Origin: Taibaiella sp.
Lineage (GTDB): Bacteria > Bacteroidota > Bacteroidia > Chitinophagales > Chitinophagaceae
Assembly: GCA_016786705.1 (NCBI GenBank)
Contig: JAEUVV010000002.1
Span: 50,106 to 114,105, forward strand
Direction: 5' to 3'
DNA length: 64,000 nucleotides
Below the pieces are notes generated by a model. The model searched no databases and had not been told where the DNA came from. It was given only the letters and a program-made list of their open reading frames with translations. A program made the position numbers and the translations under genes. Below are positions 9,757-19,610 of this stretch, in pieces. Numbering within the stretch: the stretch's first letter is position 1; the number at the start of each line of letters is the position of its first letter.

Positions 9757-10488
9757 TTAATGTTTTGGTATAAATCGTTTATTCACCCCTACAACGAACT
9801 TTGGCGCGATCCGGCCAACGGTACTTTCTTCGGTAGCCAGCGCATTGCTAACATAGCTCATGCTAATTTGAAAATAAAAATTGAGCTGCTTTCCTCCCAA
9901 TTCATATGAAAAATATGGGTCCACCACGGGAAACCGTTTACCGGATTTTGATTCATATAAGGCATCTCCGGAAGCATCAATGTGCAAAAAATGAATAGCA
10001 CCTACCCTGGCCCCTATGCCAATGCGCGATCTTGCCTCCAGCAGCAACAGGGAAGGTTGCGCGCTGAGTATAACAAATTTATTATTAAGATCGCCATGCT
10101 GATTATACCCATAGGCAAGGTTGCCAAACAGGTTAATCCTGTTTTTATTGGCCAAAGCTCTACTATAGCCTGCCCCGGCCTCAGCGCTGATACCAAAGAG
10201 ACTCGTGCTGTAACTGGAGAAATTCCATTCGTAAGTGTTATAGGTCATTGAGCGCAACCGGAACGCTCCTTTTAGTATTAAATGGTCCGTTGGTGCAAAT
10301 CCACCGGACAGGTCAATAGATGGGAAGCCCGAGAATGGGGCTACGGGAACTGAAAGATTGGCGCTACCTTCTTTCTTTGTCCCGATCATAGGGTCATGAA
10401 CCGCCTCCGCACGGTATAAGGTCTTATTGCAAGAGACCAGCAATAACAGGAAGCCTGTTGCCGACAGGCAGAATAATTTGGCGTTCAT
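9757..10488 (-). CDS. Predicted lipoprotein with beta-rich (barrel-like) body
   Basis: Likely start MNAKLF at 10488 (ORF track starts at 10569); lipobox LVS-C; amphipathic beta strands. Confidence 0.7.
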   Translation of the reverse strand: MNAKLFCLSATGFLLLLVSCNKTLYRAEAVHDPMIGTKKEGSANLSVPVAPFSGFPSIDLSGGFAPTDHLILKGAFRLRSMTYNTYEWNFSSYSTSLFGISAEAGAGYSRALANKNRINLFGNLAYGYNQHGDLNNKFVILSAQPSLLLLEARSRIGIGARVGAIHFLHIDASGDALYESKSGKRFPVVDPYFSYELGGKQLNFYFQISMSYVSNALATEESTVGRIAPKFVVGVNKRFIPKH

Positions 10489-11494
10489 AGGCGATAAGCA
10501 TGAAATGTTCTTCAGGTAAAGGTATACAGGTAATAGGTAAGGCGCGCGCTCCCCCCTGCACTTCCTCAATAATTATTTTCTGTACCTCGTCAGCTTTTTC
10601 TACAAGTACCGAATGGCCCGCATCCGGGAAAGCATACAACCTCTTAGCAGGCGCTTTAAGCTGTTCATAATAAGCGGTAGCTATACCATGATTGGTCTGC
10701 AGGTCTTTTTGACCTATAAAGAAGTAAACCGGGCACTTGACTTCAGGTAAAGTCTGGAACAGGTTCCGCCGCATAGCCGCATTCCAGGTAGGCAGCCATA
10801 CTGCCGCCCAATCTTCCAGGTACTTTTTTACTTCCTTTATTTCGCCCTCCTTAAAAGTTAAACCATCATGATGAAACATCCATTTCCGGGAATAGAAAAC
10901 CTGCTCAGCATTTTCAAAAGGGATCTTTACTTTATGCAACTCACCCTGGGCAATTTTGTCGGTCCGGGTAGCTGCTTTCAATGTATCAATAAGCATCCGC
11001 TCACTTTCTTCCTGGTTGATCACCGGGCTAAAAGCCAGGTAAGCATATAACAGTTCGGGATAGCTTGCCGCCATCTTAAACCCCGGTACCGTTCCCCAGG
11101 ACTCTCCCGCAAGATAAAGCTTAGGCTTATTAAACTTTTTCAGCAAAGCCAGCACCACTTCATACGTATCCTCTTCCATTCTTTCCAGGGTAATCGGCAA
11201 AGGTGATTTATTCAGCGCCAATGTCCTGCCGGCATCCCGCTGGTCCCACTGGACCACCATAAAATGCTTGCTCAGTTCCGAAGTAAACAATTCAGCCTGG
11301 CGCATCCTGGAGCTTCCCGGGCCCCCATGCAAAAATAATAGTACCGGCCGCTCTGGAGACCCGGTATAACTTACCACCTGCCGGATCCCTCCGATCTTCA
11401 AGGTATCATATACAGGCGTAGCTTGCTGTGCAAAAGACTTTACGCAACAGTGCAACAAAAGGAAAAAACAAACGATGCTCAACTGCTTTGACAT
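10424..11494 (-). CDS. Secreted alpha/beta hydrolase, proline iminopeptidase-like
   Basis: Signal peptide; HGGPG, WDQRDAG, GESWG nucleophile, AGHS His; C-terminal tail overlaps the next gene. Confidence 0.85.
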   Translation of the reverse strand: MSKQLSIVCFFLLLHCCVKSFAQQATPVYDTLKIGGIRQVVSYTGSPERPVLLFLHGGPGSSRMRQAELFTSELSKHFMVVQWDQRDAGRTLALNKSPLPITLERMEEDTYEVVLALLKKFNKPKLYLAGESWGTVPGFKMAASYPELLYAYLAFSPVINQEESERMLIDTLKAATRTDKIAQGELHKVKIPFENAEQVFYSRKWMFHHDGLTFKEGEIKEVKKYLEDWAAVWLPTWNAAMRRNLFQTLPEVKCPVYFFIGQKDLQTNHGIATAYYEQLKAPAKRLYAFPDAGHSVLVEKADEVQKIIIEEVQGGARALPITCIPLPEEHFMLIAYERQIILPVGNRLPVIAGLLQ

Positions 11495-11632
11495 ACGGTT
11501 CCATTAAAAGGTATGGCAACAAATTTAATACTTTATCCTTAAGCCGGATACACTAATACATTAAGCTTTCTTTCCCAAACCTTTTCAATAATAGGTCGTA
11601 TTTTTGAATCAAGAAGCAATCCAATATTTATA

Positions 11633-12415
11633 ATGTTACATTACCATAAAATAGGCAAGGGCAAACCGGTCGTACTGATACATGGTTTTCCAAACGACAG
11701 CAGCGCATGGGATTCCCTGCTGCCCCTGCTGTCTCCGGGTTATCAATATTTCATTCCCGATCTTCCTGGAGCGGGAAAAAGTACTCCTATAGCAGACCTG
11801 AGCCTTGAAAAAATGGCCCGGGGCATCCAGGAGATCCTGGACAAAGAATCCATCGAAAAAGCGATCTGGACCGGGCACTCCATGGGCGGCTATACCATAA
11901 TGGAAGCCACCCAGCATTTCCCCGAACGGATACAGGCTATCTCCCTGGTACATTCTCTCGCTTCTGCCGATAGTGAAGAAAAAAAGGAAGCACGCAGAAA
12001 ATCCATCAAACTCCTGCAAAACGGTGATTCCGGCAAAAGCGTCTTCCTGAAAGCTATGGCGGAAAACCTTTTTGCCGAAACCTTCAAAACGCAGCACCCG
12101 GAAGCAGCGGCGACCGTGGCAGCTAAAGGCATGGAATTACCAGCAGATACTCTTGCCGCGTTCTATAACGCTATTATGCTGCGTTCTGATAAAACAGGCT
12201 GGCTGAAAACCAATAACAGCATCCCCATGCAATGGATCATCGGCTCGGAAGACAATGCCACTTCAATGAAAGAAGGCCTGGAGCAATGCCATCTCGGTTT
12301 TCTTAACGAGGTACACTTATACCGCTCCGTAGGCCATATGTCTATAGTAGAAACTCCCGAAAGATTAGCGAAAGACCTGAATCGTTTTTTTGATTTTGCC
12401 TGGAACAGAAAATAA
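11633..12415 (+). CDS. Alpha/beta fold hydrolase
   Basis: LIHGFP, PDLPGAG, GHSMGG, GHMS. Confidence 0.9.
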   Translation: MLHYHKIGKGKPVVLIHGFPNDSSAWDSLLPLLSPGYQYFIPDLPGAGKSTPIADLSLEKMARGIQEILDKESIEKAIWTGHSMGGYTIMEATQHFPERIQAISLVHSLASADSEEKKEARRKSIKLLQNGDSGKSVFLKAMAENLFAETFKTQHPEAAATVAAKGMELPADTLAAFYNAIMLRSDKTGWLKTNNSIPMQWIIGSEDNATSMKEGLEQCHLGFLNEVHLYRSVGHMSIVETPERLAKDLNRFFDFAWNRK

Positions 12416-12420
12416 ATCTT

Positions 12421-14451
12421 ATGCAGTTTAAACTTCAAGCACCCTACCAGCCCGCGGGCGACCAGCCCTCTGCCATAGCCCAACTTACCGAAGGTTTGCA
12501 AAGCGGGGAAGCTTTCCAGACACTCCTGGGGGTTACCGGCTCCGGTAAAACATTTACCATGGCCAATGTAATCCAGAACCTGCAAAGGCCAACGCTGATC
12601 TTAACCCATAATAAAACACTGGTAGCTCAGCTATACGGGGAGTTCAAACAGTTCTTTCCGGACAACGCGGTCAACTATTTCGTTTCCTATTACGATTACT
12701 ACCAGCCCGAAGCCTATATGCCGGTCAGCGATACCTATATCGAAAAAGACCTGGCTATCAACGAAGAGCTGGAAAAGCTACGCCTGCGCACTACCACAGA
12801 TTTGTTAAGCGGGCGGCGTGATATCCTGGTTGTGGCCTCGGTATCCTGCATCTATGGTATGGGTAACCCTACCGATTATGAAAATGGGATCACGCGTATT
12901 GCTGTAGGTGATGAGGTCTCCCGTAACGGCTTCCTGCACAACCTGGTCAATGCCTTATACAATCGCTCCCAGGGCGAATTTTCAAGGGGTACTTTCCGCG
13001 TAAAAGGAGATACGGTTGATATCAATTTACCTTATGTGGATTACGGCTACCGCATCACTTTCTTCGGTGATGAGATAGAAAGTATAGAAAGCTTTGATGT
13101 AGAGAACGGTAAGCGCATCCTCAGTATCGAAAATGCCGCCATCTTCCCGGCCAACCTTTACGTAGCGCCTAAAGACCAGATGGGGCAGATCATCCGGGAG
13201 ATCCAGGATGAATTGCACGCGCAGATAGAATACTTTAAAAGAGAAGGCAAACACATCGAGGCACAACGTATCAAGGAGCGGGTCAACTACGACCTGGAAA
13301 TGATCCAGGAACTGGGTTACTGCAGTGGTATTGAAAACTACTCCCGCTTCCTGGACCGAAGGAATCCCGGGGCAAGACCTTTCTGCCTGATCGATTATTT
13401 CCCTAAAGACTTTTTACTTTTTGTAGATGAGAGCCACGTAACCATCCCCCAGATATCAGGTATGTACGGCGGCGACCGCTCCCGTAAGATGAACCTGGTG
13501 GATTTCGGCTTCAGGTTGCCTTCCGCGCTGGACAACCGGCCACTTAGCTTTAATGAGTTTGAAAGCCTGCTGGACCAGGTAGTCTTTGTGAGCGCCACCC
13601 CCGGCAGTTTTGAGCTCAACACGACCGAAGGGCTCGTAGTTGAACAGGTGGTGCGGCCTACAGGATTGCTGGACCCTCCTATCCATATCCGGCCCAGCCT
13701 CAACCAGATTGATGACCTGCTGGATGAAATTGACCAGCGGGTACAACGCAATGAACGGGTGTTGGTCACCACGCTGACCAAGCGTATGGCCGAAGAACTG
13801 GATGCCTACCTGCAGCGGATCAATGTAAGCTCAAGGTACATACACAGCGAGGTAGACACCCTGGAACGGGTGGAAATATTGCGGCAGCTTCGCCTGGGTG
13901 AAATCGATGTTTTAGTCGGCGTAAACCTCCTGCGGGAAGGACTGGACCTGCCCGAGGTTACCCTGGTAGCCATACTCGATGCGGATAAAGAAGGCTTCTT
14001 AAGAGATGAACGCTCCCTGACGCAGATGGCCGGGCGTGCAGCCAGGAATGCCGATGGTATGGTCATTTTCTATGCGGATAAGATCACGGATAGTATGCAA
14101 CGTACGATTGATGAAACGCAAAGAAGAAGGGAAAAGCAGATCGCTTATAACGCGGAGCACGGTATCACGCCAAAAACCGTTATCAAATCAGTGGAACAGA
14201 TCATGAAACAAACAGCCGTACTGGACATTAAAGGGTATGATGAAGACAGTCCTTTAGCGGTTTATGACCTGGAAAACAATATCGCGGCGGAGGACTATAC
14301 AGAATATAGCTCTAAAGCCGATTTGCAGAAAGCCGTTGACAAAATTAAAAAAGCTATGCAGAAGGCGGCTAAAGATCTTGACTTCATGGAAGCGGCCCGC
14401 TTACGGGATGAAATGTTCATACTGGAGCAAAAGCTGGCGGCCACAAAATAA
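12421..14451 (+). CDS. uvrB: Excinuclease ABC subunit UvrB
   Basis: GVTGSGKT, FVSYYDYYQPEAY, DESH, RSLTQMAGRAARN, C-terminal UVR coil DFMEAARLRD. Confidence 0.99.
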   Translation: MQFKLQAPYQPAGDQPSAIAQLTEGLQSGEAFQTLLGVTGSGKTFTMANVIQNLQRPTLILTHNKTLVAQLYGEFKQFFPDNAVNYFVSYYDYYQPEAYMPVSDTYIEKDLAINEELEKLRLRTTTDLLSGRRDILVVASVSCIYGMGNPTDYENGITRIAVGDEVSRNGFLHNLVNALYNRSQGEFSRGTFRVKGDTVDINLPYVDYGYRITFFGDEIESIESFDVENGKRILSIENAAIFPANLYVAPKDQMGQIIREIQDELHAQIEYFKREGKHIEAQRIKERVNYDLEMIQELGYCSGIENYSRFLDRRNPGARPFCLIDYFPKDFLLFVDESHVTIPQISGMYGGDRSRKMNLVDFGFRLPSALDNRPLSFNEFESLLDQVVFVSATPGSFELNTTEGLVVEQVVRPTGLLDPPIHIRPSLNQIDDLLDEIDQRVQRNERVLVTTLTKRMAEELDAYLQRINVSSRYIHSEVDTLERVEILRQLRLGEIDVLVGVNLLREGLDLPEVTLVAILDADKEGFLRDERSLTQMAGRAARNADGMVIFYADKITDSMQRTIDETQRRREKQIAYNAEHGITPKTVIKSVEQIMKQTAVLDIKGYDEDSPLAVYDLENNIAAEDYTEYSSKADLQKAVDKIKKAMQKAAKDLDFMEAARLRDEMFILEQKLAATK

Positions 14452-14462
14452 AAGCGCAGCGC

Positions 14463-14509
14463 TTAAAGATAAAGCCTGAAGAAACTTTTCCTTCAGGCTT
14501 TATCTTTAA
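14463..14509. terminator. Bidirectional terminator
   Basis: Perfect 19-bp inverted repeat ttaaagataaagcctgaag / cttcaggctttatctttaa between convergent genes. Confidence 0.9.
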
Positions 14510-14536
14510 TATACAATAATATTTAAAAAAAATCGG

Positions 14537-15349
14537 TTATTCCATATAATTATCACTGCCGCTTTTAGTAGTGATCAGGATAATCCCATTCGCACCGCGG
14601 CTGCCATAAATGGCCTTCCCGGTTGCATCTCTAAGCACGGTTAAGTATTGTACATCATTTGGGTTAATCGTATTCAAGGAACCGGTATAAGGCGCTCCGT
14701 CCAATACAATTAATGGGTCTGTAGAGGATATGAGAGAACCGCGCCCCCTTATTGTAAACCGGAAATTGGTGGCAATACCATTCCATATCCCATTTGCCGT
14801 CAAACCTGGTACTGATCCTACGAGGACTTCATCTAATGTAGCGCTATTCCTGATACGGATATCATCTGCCGTTAGTGTAGTGTGGGCACCGTTAAAGCTC
14901 CGGGGATGAATTTTCATACCAAATAGACTCGGCTGCCGGGGATTGCCTTTACCTTCAGCACGCAATAGGATATGATAATGCGATTCTGCATCATCTAAGT
15001 CAAAGGTTCTTTCTACTAAACCTGGAGCTCCTATTACCAGTTGTTTTTCACTCATCGGTACGCTGATAACAAACTGACCCTCGTAATCGACACTTGAAAC
15101 ATAATTTGAATTTTCAACTCTCACATATGGCAATGTGGCAAATCCTTCCGATTCGATTCTTCCGGTAATTAAGCGCTCCTCTTGTACTTCCTCCTTATGA
15201 AAGAGATTCAGGATAGCGCCTAAGAGCGTACCCTGCTGCCGGGTGCGCAGGTCTGGTTTTTCACTTTGAGCTAATGAAACATCCCCACTTAACACAACAG
15301 AAAATAAAAGAACTGCACCGGCAATTATTTTTAAGTAGTTTTTTTTCAT
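14537..15349 (-). CDS. Secreted CarboxypepD_reg-like plus SusC-type TonB plug protein, no barrel
   Basis: Signal peptide; ITGRIE...VSSVDYEGQF; PGL...FTIRGRGS...DPLIVLDG...INPNDVQYLTVLRDATGKAIYGSRGANGIILITTK, stop 8 residues later. Confidence 0.85.
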   Translation of the reverse strand: MKKNYLKIIAGAVLLFSVVLSGDVSLAQSEKPDLRTRQQGTLLGAILNLFHKEEVQEERLITGRIESEGFATLPYVRVENSNYVSSVDYEGQFVISVPMSEKQLVIGAPGLVERTFDLDDAESHYHILLRAEGKGNPRQPSLFGMKIHPRSFNGAHTTLTADDIRIRNSATLDEVLVGSVPGLTANGIWNGIATNFRFTIRGRGSLISSTDPLIVLDGAPYTGSLNTINPNDVQYLTVLRDATGKAIYGSRGANGIILITTKSGSDNYME

Positions 15350-15383
15350 GCTTTGTTCATTTAAATTAATTAAGGAATATAGT

Positions 15384-15412
15384 TAAGATGATAAATCCTA
15401 GCAGAAGGTTGG
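15384..15412 (-). promoter_or_regulatory. Putative ECF promoter CCAACC-N16-CATCT
   Basis: Same motif and spacing as 17308..17336. Confidence 0.6.
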
Positions 15413-15591
15413 TTCCTGATTTATTTTCTGTTCCGAAAACAATAATTACCTAAACTCATCAATATATACCCTGACAGGAACATTATATGTATGTAAATTA
15501 CAAAAAAAACGGGATATTACTATCCCGCCTTTCTATTCAATCTTATACCCTAAACTTTTTAACTTTGATATTTAACAGTTCATAAGTATTC

Positions 15592-16749
15592 TTACTGGCC
15601 GGGAACTGCTTTTCCTTTTTTCAACGTGATGACAATCACCCCGTTCTTAGCCCTGTCCCCATAGAGCACCCTTGCGGTGGCTTCCGGGAGGATCTTGACC
15701 TCTTTGATATGTTTTGAATTGATATCAGAAAATTTCCCGGTATAAGGTGCACCATTAATGATAATCAGCGGGTCGGTCGATGGAGCCTGGCGGAACATGG
15801 TTTGCTGCTTTTGCTTACTGGCCAGCTCTTGCCTTATGCTCGTAGTAGTCAGGGGGCTGGAATATAAGTTTTGCATCCCACGGCTCCTGTTATAGCGGGC
15901 AATATCGTTCAGCAAAGCCACATTGCTTTGTTCAGGGGAAATTTCTATTTTATAGGTATGCCGCTCAGCAACTTTTACGTATTTAGTTTCATTTCCGTAA
16001 GATTGCACCATAATAAACCGGGCCGTATCCGGGGCCTCTAAAGTAAATGCTCCCCTTTCATCTGAAGTGACTACCCTATCTGTTCCTGGTACGCTTACCC
16101 TGGCATTGGCCAAAGCAACACCTGCTTTATCAACTATGACACCCTGCAGTTGCAGCGATCGGGCTTCCGGCAAGCCGGGAGCAATATGCCGCTTTTCATA
16201 AACCGGAGCTTCTGTCAGTACAGGTGCTTCAAAAATTCCTGTCGCAGTATTTCCCGCAATTCTTGATCCGAATGATTCCGGGCCGGCATTAAGCTGTTCC
16301 AGGCTAAAATGAGGCGCTGATGGTATATTGCCGGTAGTAGCTATTCGGTTATCCGTATTTTGATTGCCAGGGATTGCGGTTACAATCACCGGGGCCTTTA
16401 CCCCCTCCTGTTTTATGGCCGGCTGGTTTTCAGCAGGTGTCGCCAGTATTGGTTGTTCCGCTTTTACCTGATCCTGTACTGGAGTACTTTTGCGGGCTGC
16501 GACCTCATTCTCATTGCTCTTCACACCGAAAAACTGGTTCCAACCTACCGCGATGCCTGTAATTAATACCAGGGCAGCAGCCATATATTTAATTGCGGAA
16601 AAAGAAAACAACTGTATTTTTTTAGTTTCCTGTTTATCCAATTGCTGCTCTATTCTGTTCCACAGCTTATCCTGAGCAAGAAAAGTCGTTTGCTCATCAG
16701 CAACTGCGGCCTCTTTAAACGCTTCGAACAACTTATTTTGCGATTCCAT
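15592..16749 (-). CDS. Putative anti-sigma factor with periplasmic CarboxypepD_reg-like and plug-like domains
   Basis: Overlaps the ECF gene; N-terminal KLWNRIEQQL then TM helix; LQGVIVDKAGVALANARV..SDERGAFTL; DPLIIINGAPY...LYGDRAKNGVIVITLK. Confidence 0.8.
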   Translation of the reverse strand: MESQNKLFEAFKEAAVADEQTTFLAQDKLWNRIEQQLDKQETKKIQLFSFSAIKYMAAALVLITGIAVGWNQFFGVKSNENEVAARKSTPVQDQVKAEQPILATPAENQPAIKQEGVKAPVIVTAIPGNQNTDNRIATTGNIPSAPHFSLEQLNAGPESFGSRIAGNTATGIFEAPVLTEAPVYEKRHIAPGLPEARSLQLQGVIVDKAGVALANARVSVPGTDRVVTSDERGAFTLEAPDTARFIMVQSYGNETKYVKVAERHTYKIEISPEQSNVALLNDIARYNRSRGMQNLYSSPLTTTSIRQELASKQKQQTMFRQAPSTDPLIIINGAPYTGKFSDINSKHIKEVKILPEATARVLYGDRAKNGVIVITLKKGKAVPGQ

Positions 16750-17287
16750 TTTCTTTATTTTTTAATTCATAGTGATGTTTTACCAGCTTCTGCAATTTCA
16801 CTCGGGCCACATTCACCTGGGATTTAGAGGTACCTTCAGATATCTGCAGCAATGCCGCGATTTCTTTATGGCCATAGCCTTCTATGGCAAAAAGGTTAAA
16901 TATGGACCGGCAGCCATCCGGTAAATAATCCAGTAGCTTCAGCAGGTCCTTATGTTCCAGCTGCTGGGTGGTGGATTGTTCATATACAGGCTCCTGCTTG
17001 ATATCGTCCAGCGACAGGTTGAAATTAACTTTTTTGCGCAGAAGCTGCAGGCTTTGGTTTACCGCCACCCTTTTAGCCCAGCCATATAAAGCATCGGCAT
17101 CTTTTAAGGTGTTCATTTTTGTAAAAATGAGTACGAAACTTTCCGCCAGGGCATCTTCGATTTCCATATCCAACTTCAAATAACGCTTACACACGCTATG
17201 CAGCATAGGGGCAAGCTGCAGATACAAGCTATGCTGCGCCTTTCTATCTCCTGATATACATGCTTTTATAATTGCCTCGTTGCTCAA
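16733..17287 (-). CDS. ECF RNA polymerase sigma factor
   Basis: TTG start; GDRKAQHSLY, DALAESFV, LPDGCRSIFNLFAIEGYGHKEIA.LLQISEGTSKSQ. Confidence 0.93.
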   Translation of the reverse strand: MSNEAIIKACISGDRKAQHSLYLQLAPMLHSVCKRYLKLDMEIEDALAESFVLIFTKMNTLKDADALYGWAKRVAVNQSLQLLRKKVNFNLSLDDIKQEPVYEQSTTQQLEHKDLLKLLDYLPDGCRSIFNLFAIEGYGHKEIAALLQISEGTSKSQVNVARVKLQKLVKHHYELKNKENGIAK

Positions 17288-17307
17288 ATTTTTGCTTATT
17301 TACCTAC

Positions 17308-17336
17308 TTAGATGCAGGGACTTCAAAAAAGGTTGG
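17308..17336 (-). promoter_or_regulatory. Putative autoregulatory ECF promoter CCAACC-N16-CATCT
   Basis: Minus strand CCAACCTTTTTTGAAGTCCCTGCATCTAA about 20 nt upstream of the sigma start. Confidence 0.6.
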
Positions 17337-17390
17337 AAGGATACAGCAATTCACTCAAATTAAATAAAACATCATAAATAACGTTAAAAA

Positions 17391-18377
17391 TCAGATAAGG
17401 CCCTCACGGATCATATCATGCAGGTGCACCATCCCCCGGTACTTTCCCTTACCGGTCACCAGCAACTGGGAAATGTTATAAGTACGCATCAGCTCCAGGC
17501 CTTCTACGGCCATAGCCTCTTCTTCTATTGATTTTGGATTCAGGGTACAGATATCTTTTGCTTTGATACCGGAAAGCTCTTCATGCTTTTCCAGCATCCG
17601 CCGCAAGTCGCCGTCTGTAATAACGCCCAGTAAAGTTTCATTTTCCAGCACCGCGGTGGCCCCCAGCCGGTTAGAAGATATCGCAATGATAATATCTTTC
17701 AGGTTAGCATTAGCGGCTACACTGGGCGCAGCATGCTGACTGCTCAGGTCTTTAATACGCAGGTAGAGTCTTTTGCCCAAAGCACCTCCGGGATGGAAAC
17801 GGGCAAAATCTTTAGCGGAGAACCCCTTTAACTGTAATAAGCAAACCGCAAGCGCATCTCCCATTACCAGCTGTGCCGTAGTGCTCGTGGTTGGCGCCAG
17901 GTTATTAGGGCAGGCTTCCTGATCAATAGTAGTATCCAGGAAAATATCCGACTGCAGGGCCAGGAAAGAGGCCGCGTTCCCGCAAATAGCGATAATCGGG
18001 TTCCCGAAGTTCTTGATAAATGGAATTAAAGCTTTGATTTCGGGGCTTTCCCCACTCTTGGATATAATGATCACGATGTCACCCTGCTGGATCATGCCCA
18101 GGTCGCCATGGATAGCGTCCGCGGCATGCATGAATAATGCCGGCGTACCGGTAGAATTCATGGTAGCGACTATTTTTTGTGCAATGATGGCACTCTTGCC
18201 GATCCCCGTAATCACCACTCTTCCGGTAACGGTATGCAGTAACCGCACAGCCTGCTCAAAACGCAGGTCAATGGAGGCGGTCATCCGCACCAATGCGCGG
18301 GTTTCATTTTCGATGGTGGATTTTCCTAACTGTACTATATCTATCAGGTCTGGCATATACATGAGTTCTGCCCTCAA
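17391..18377 (-). CDS. kdsD: KpsF/GutQ family arabinose-5-phosphate isomerase (SIS plus CBS)
   Basis: TGIGKSAII, STGTPALFMH..AIHGDLG, APTTSTT, FHPGGALG, CBS pair. Confidence 0.93.
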   Translation of the reverse strand: MRAELMYMPDLIDIVQLGKSTIENETRALVRMTASIDLRFEQAVRLLHTVTGRVVITGIGKSAIIAQKIVATMNSTGTPALFMHAADAIHGDLGMIQQGDIVIIISKSGESPEIKALIPFIKNFGNPIIAICGNAASFLALQSDIFLDTTIDQEACPNNLAPTTSTTAQLVMGDALAVCLLQLKGFSAKDFARFHPGGALGKRLYLRIKDLSSQHAAPSVAANANLKDIIIAISSNRLGATAVLENETLLGVITDGDLRRMLEKHEELSGIKAKDICTLNPKSIEEEAMAVEGLELMRTYNISQLLVTGKGKYRGMVHLHDMIREGLI

Positions 18378-18413
18378 AATTAAAGAGTAAATCTGATTTT
18401 AAAGCAGTAATCA

Positions 18414-19454
18414 TCATTCGGCCTCATCAGCCGCCTTATCCAACCGCTTCCGGATCTGCTCCAGCTTTTTACCGATCAGCCAGAATGACAAGGCCATGAT
18501 GGCAAAAAAGATGCCTTTATTGGTCACATCCCATAAGTATTCAAAATAGCGGGTATATAAGTTTAAAACAAGGAACAGCAAAACCATATCACGCAAGCTT
18601 TTGTCCTTTGCCTTGATAGCATAAAACAACAAACCCGCCAATATTAAAGTATAGCCGACAGCCCAGCCCAGCACACGGCTTTGGCGCATGGTAAACCAGC
18701 CATCCAGGTCAAAATTGCCGAATACAGAAACACCCCATGCCGTGGTAAAAAACAGTATCCAGACCGCGAAATAATTGACACTGGCAAATTGCTGCAACCA
18801 GGATCTTTTATAGATGAGGTAATGAATGGTCAATAAGACCAGGCTCAATAGCAGTAAACGTACCGGCATATTCATACCCCAGAAAAAGGGATCACTCTGC
18901 TCATAAGTAAAAGAAGCCCACCAACCGGCAATGGCTGCGATCATACAGCCCCATAACAACCTGGAGCGCACAAAAAAGGCCTCTACCGCGAATAAAGCCC
19001 CGGCCGCAAAGATCAGCCAGTAATAACCTTCATTGTTCTGCCCCAACGCTTTACCAAAATAAGTAATAGCAATACAGGTACTTAGCGCAAGCAATATGCT
19101 CAAAGATTCATTAGCCCATACCGCGTTCAGGTATTTTTGCTTCCGCTTCCGGATATACCACACTAAAAACACGCATAAACCGGCAAATAAAATACCAATA
19201 GTAAATTCTGAGAATGAAAAGTAGCTACGCATTCTCTCGATCCATTTCTCATCCAGCACCAGGGCACCAAAGGCCAGGAGCGCGCAGGAAATAGCCGCGA
19301 AAAAGGCATAAAAAGTAAGCGTCTTGTAATCTCCCGCATCTGATTGGTAACTTGCCCGCAACTGCTTCGCTTTAGCGGTATCTATAAGCTCCTGCTCTTC
19401 CCATGCCTCAATTACTCTATCCAGCAAAGCGGCATCCTTATTATTCAATCTCAT
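18414..19454 (-). CDS. DUF2157-like membrane protein
   Basis: N-terminal W.EQELID...QL motif followed by many TM helices. Confidence 0.7.
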   Translation of the reverse strand: MRLNNKDAALLDRVIEAWEEQELIDTAKAKQLRASYQSDAGDYKTLTFYAFFAAISCALLAFGALVLDEKWIERMRSYFSFSEFTIGILFAGLCVFLVWYIRKRKQKYLNAVWANESLSILLALSTCIAITYFGKALGQNNEGYYWLIFAAGALFAVEAFFVRSRLLWGCMIAAIAGWWASFTYEQSDPFFWGMNMPVRLLLLSLVLLTIHYLIYKRSWLQQFASVNYFAVWILFFTTAWGVSVFGNFDLDGWFTMRQSRVLGWAVGYTLILAGLLFYAIKAKDKSLRDMVLLFLVLNLYTRYFEYLWDVTNKGIFFAIMALSFWLIGKKLEQIRKRLDKAADEAE

Positions 19455-19610
19455 AAGCCGGAAATTATTTGTTCAAAGATAAATGATTTTATAGGAATGC
19501 TTTTGTAATCAGCAGAGTTACAAGCCCATCCGGGATTTGCAGCCCATATTTCCTTTCCACATTAGCCCGATAAACGTATCTTTGAGATCAAAACAAAAAA
19601 TTCCATAACA

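Noticed and set aside
14537-15349. Truncated SusC pseudogene
   Set aside because: No barrel remnant follows, there is a clean stop plus perfect terminator, and it has a dedicated promoter motif; not fully excluded without orthologs
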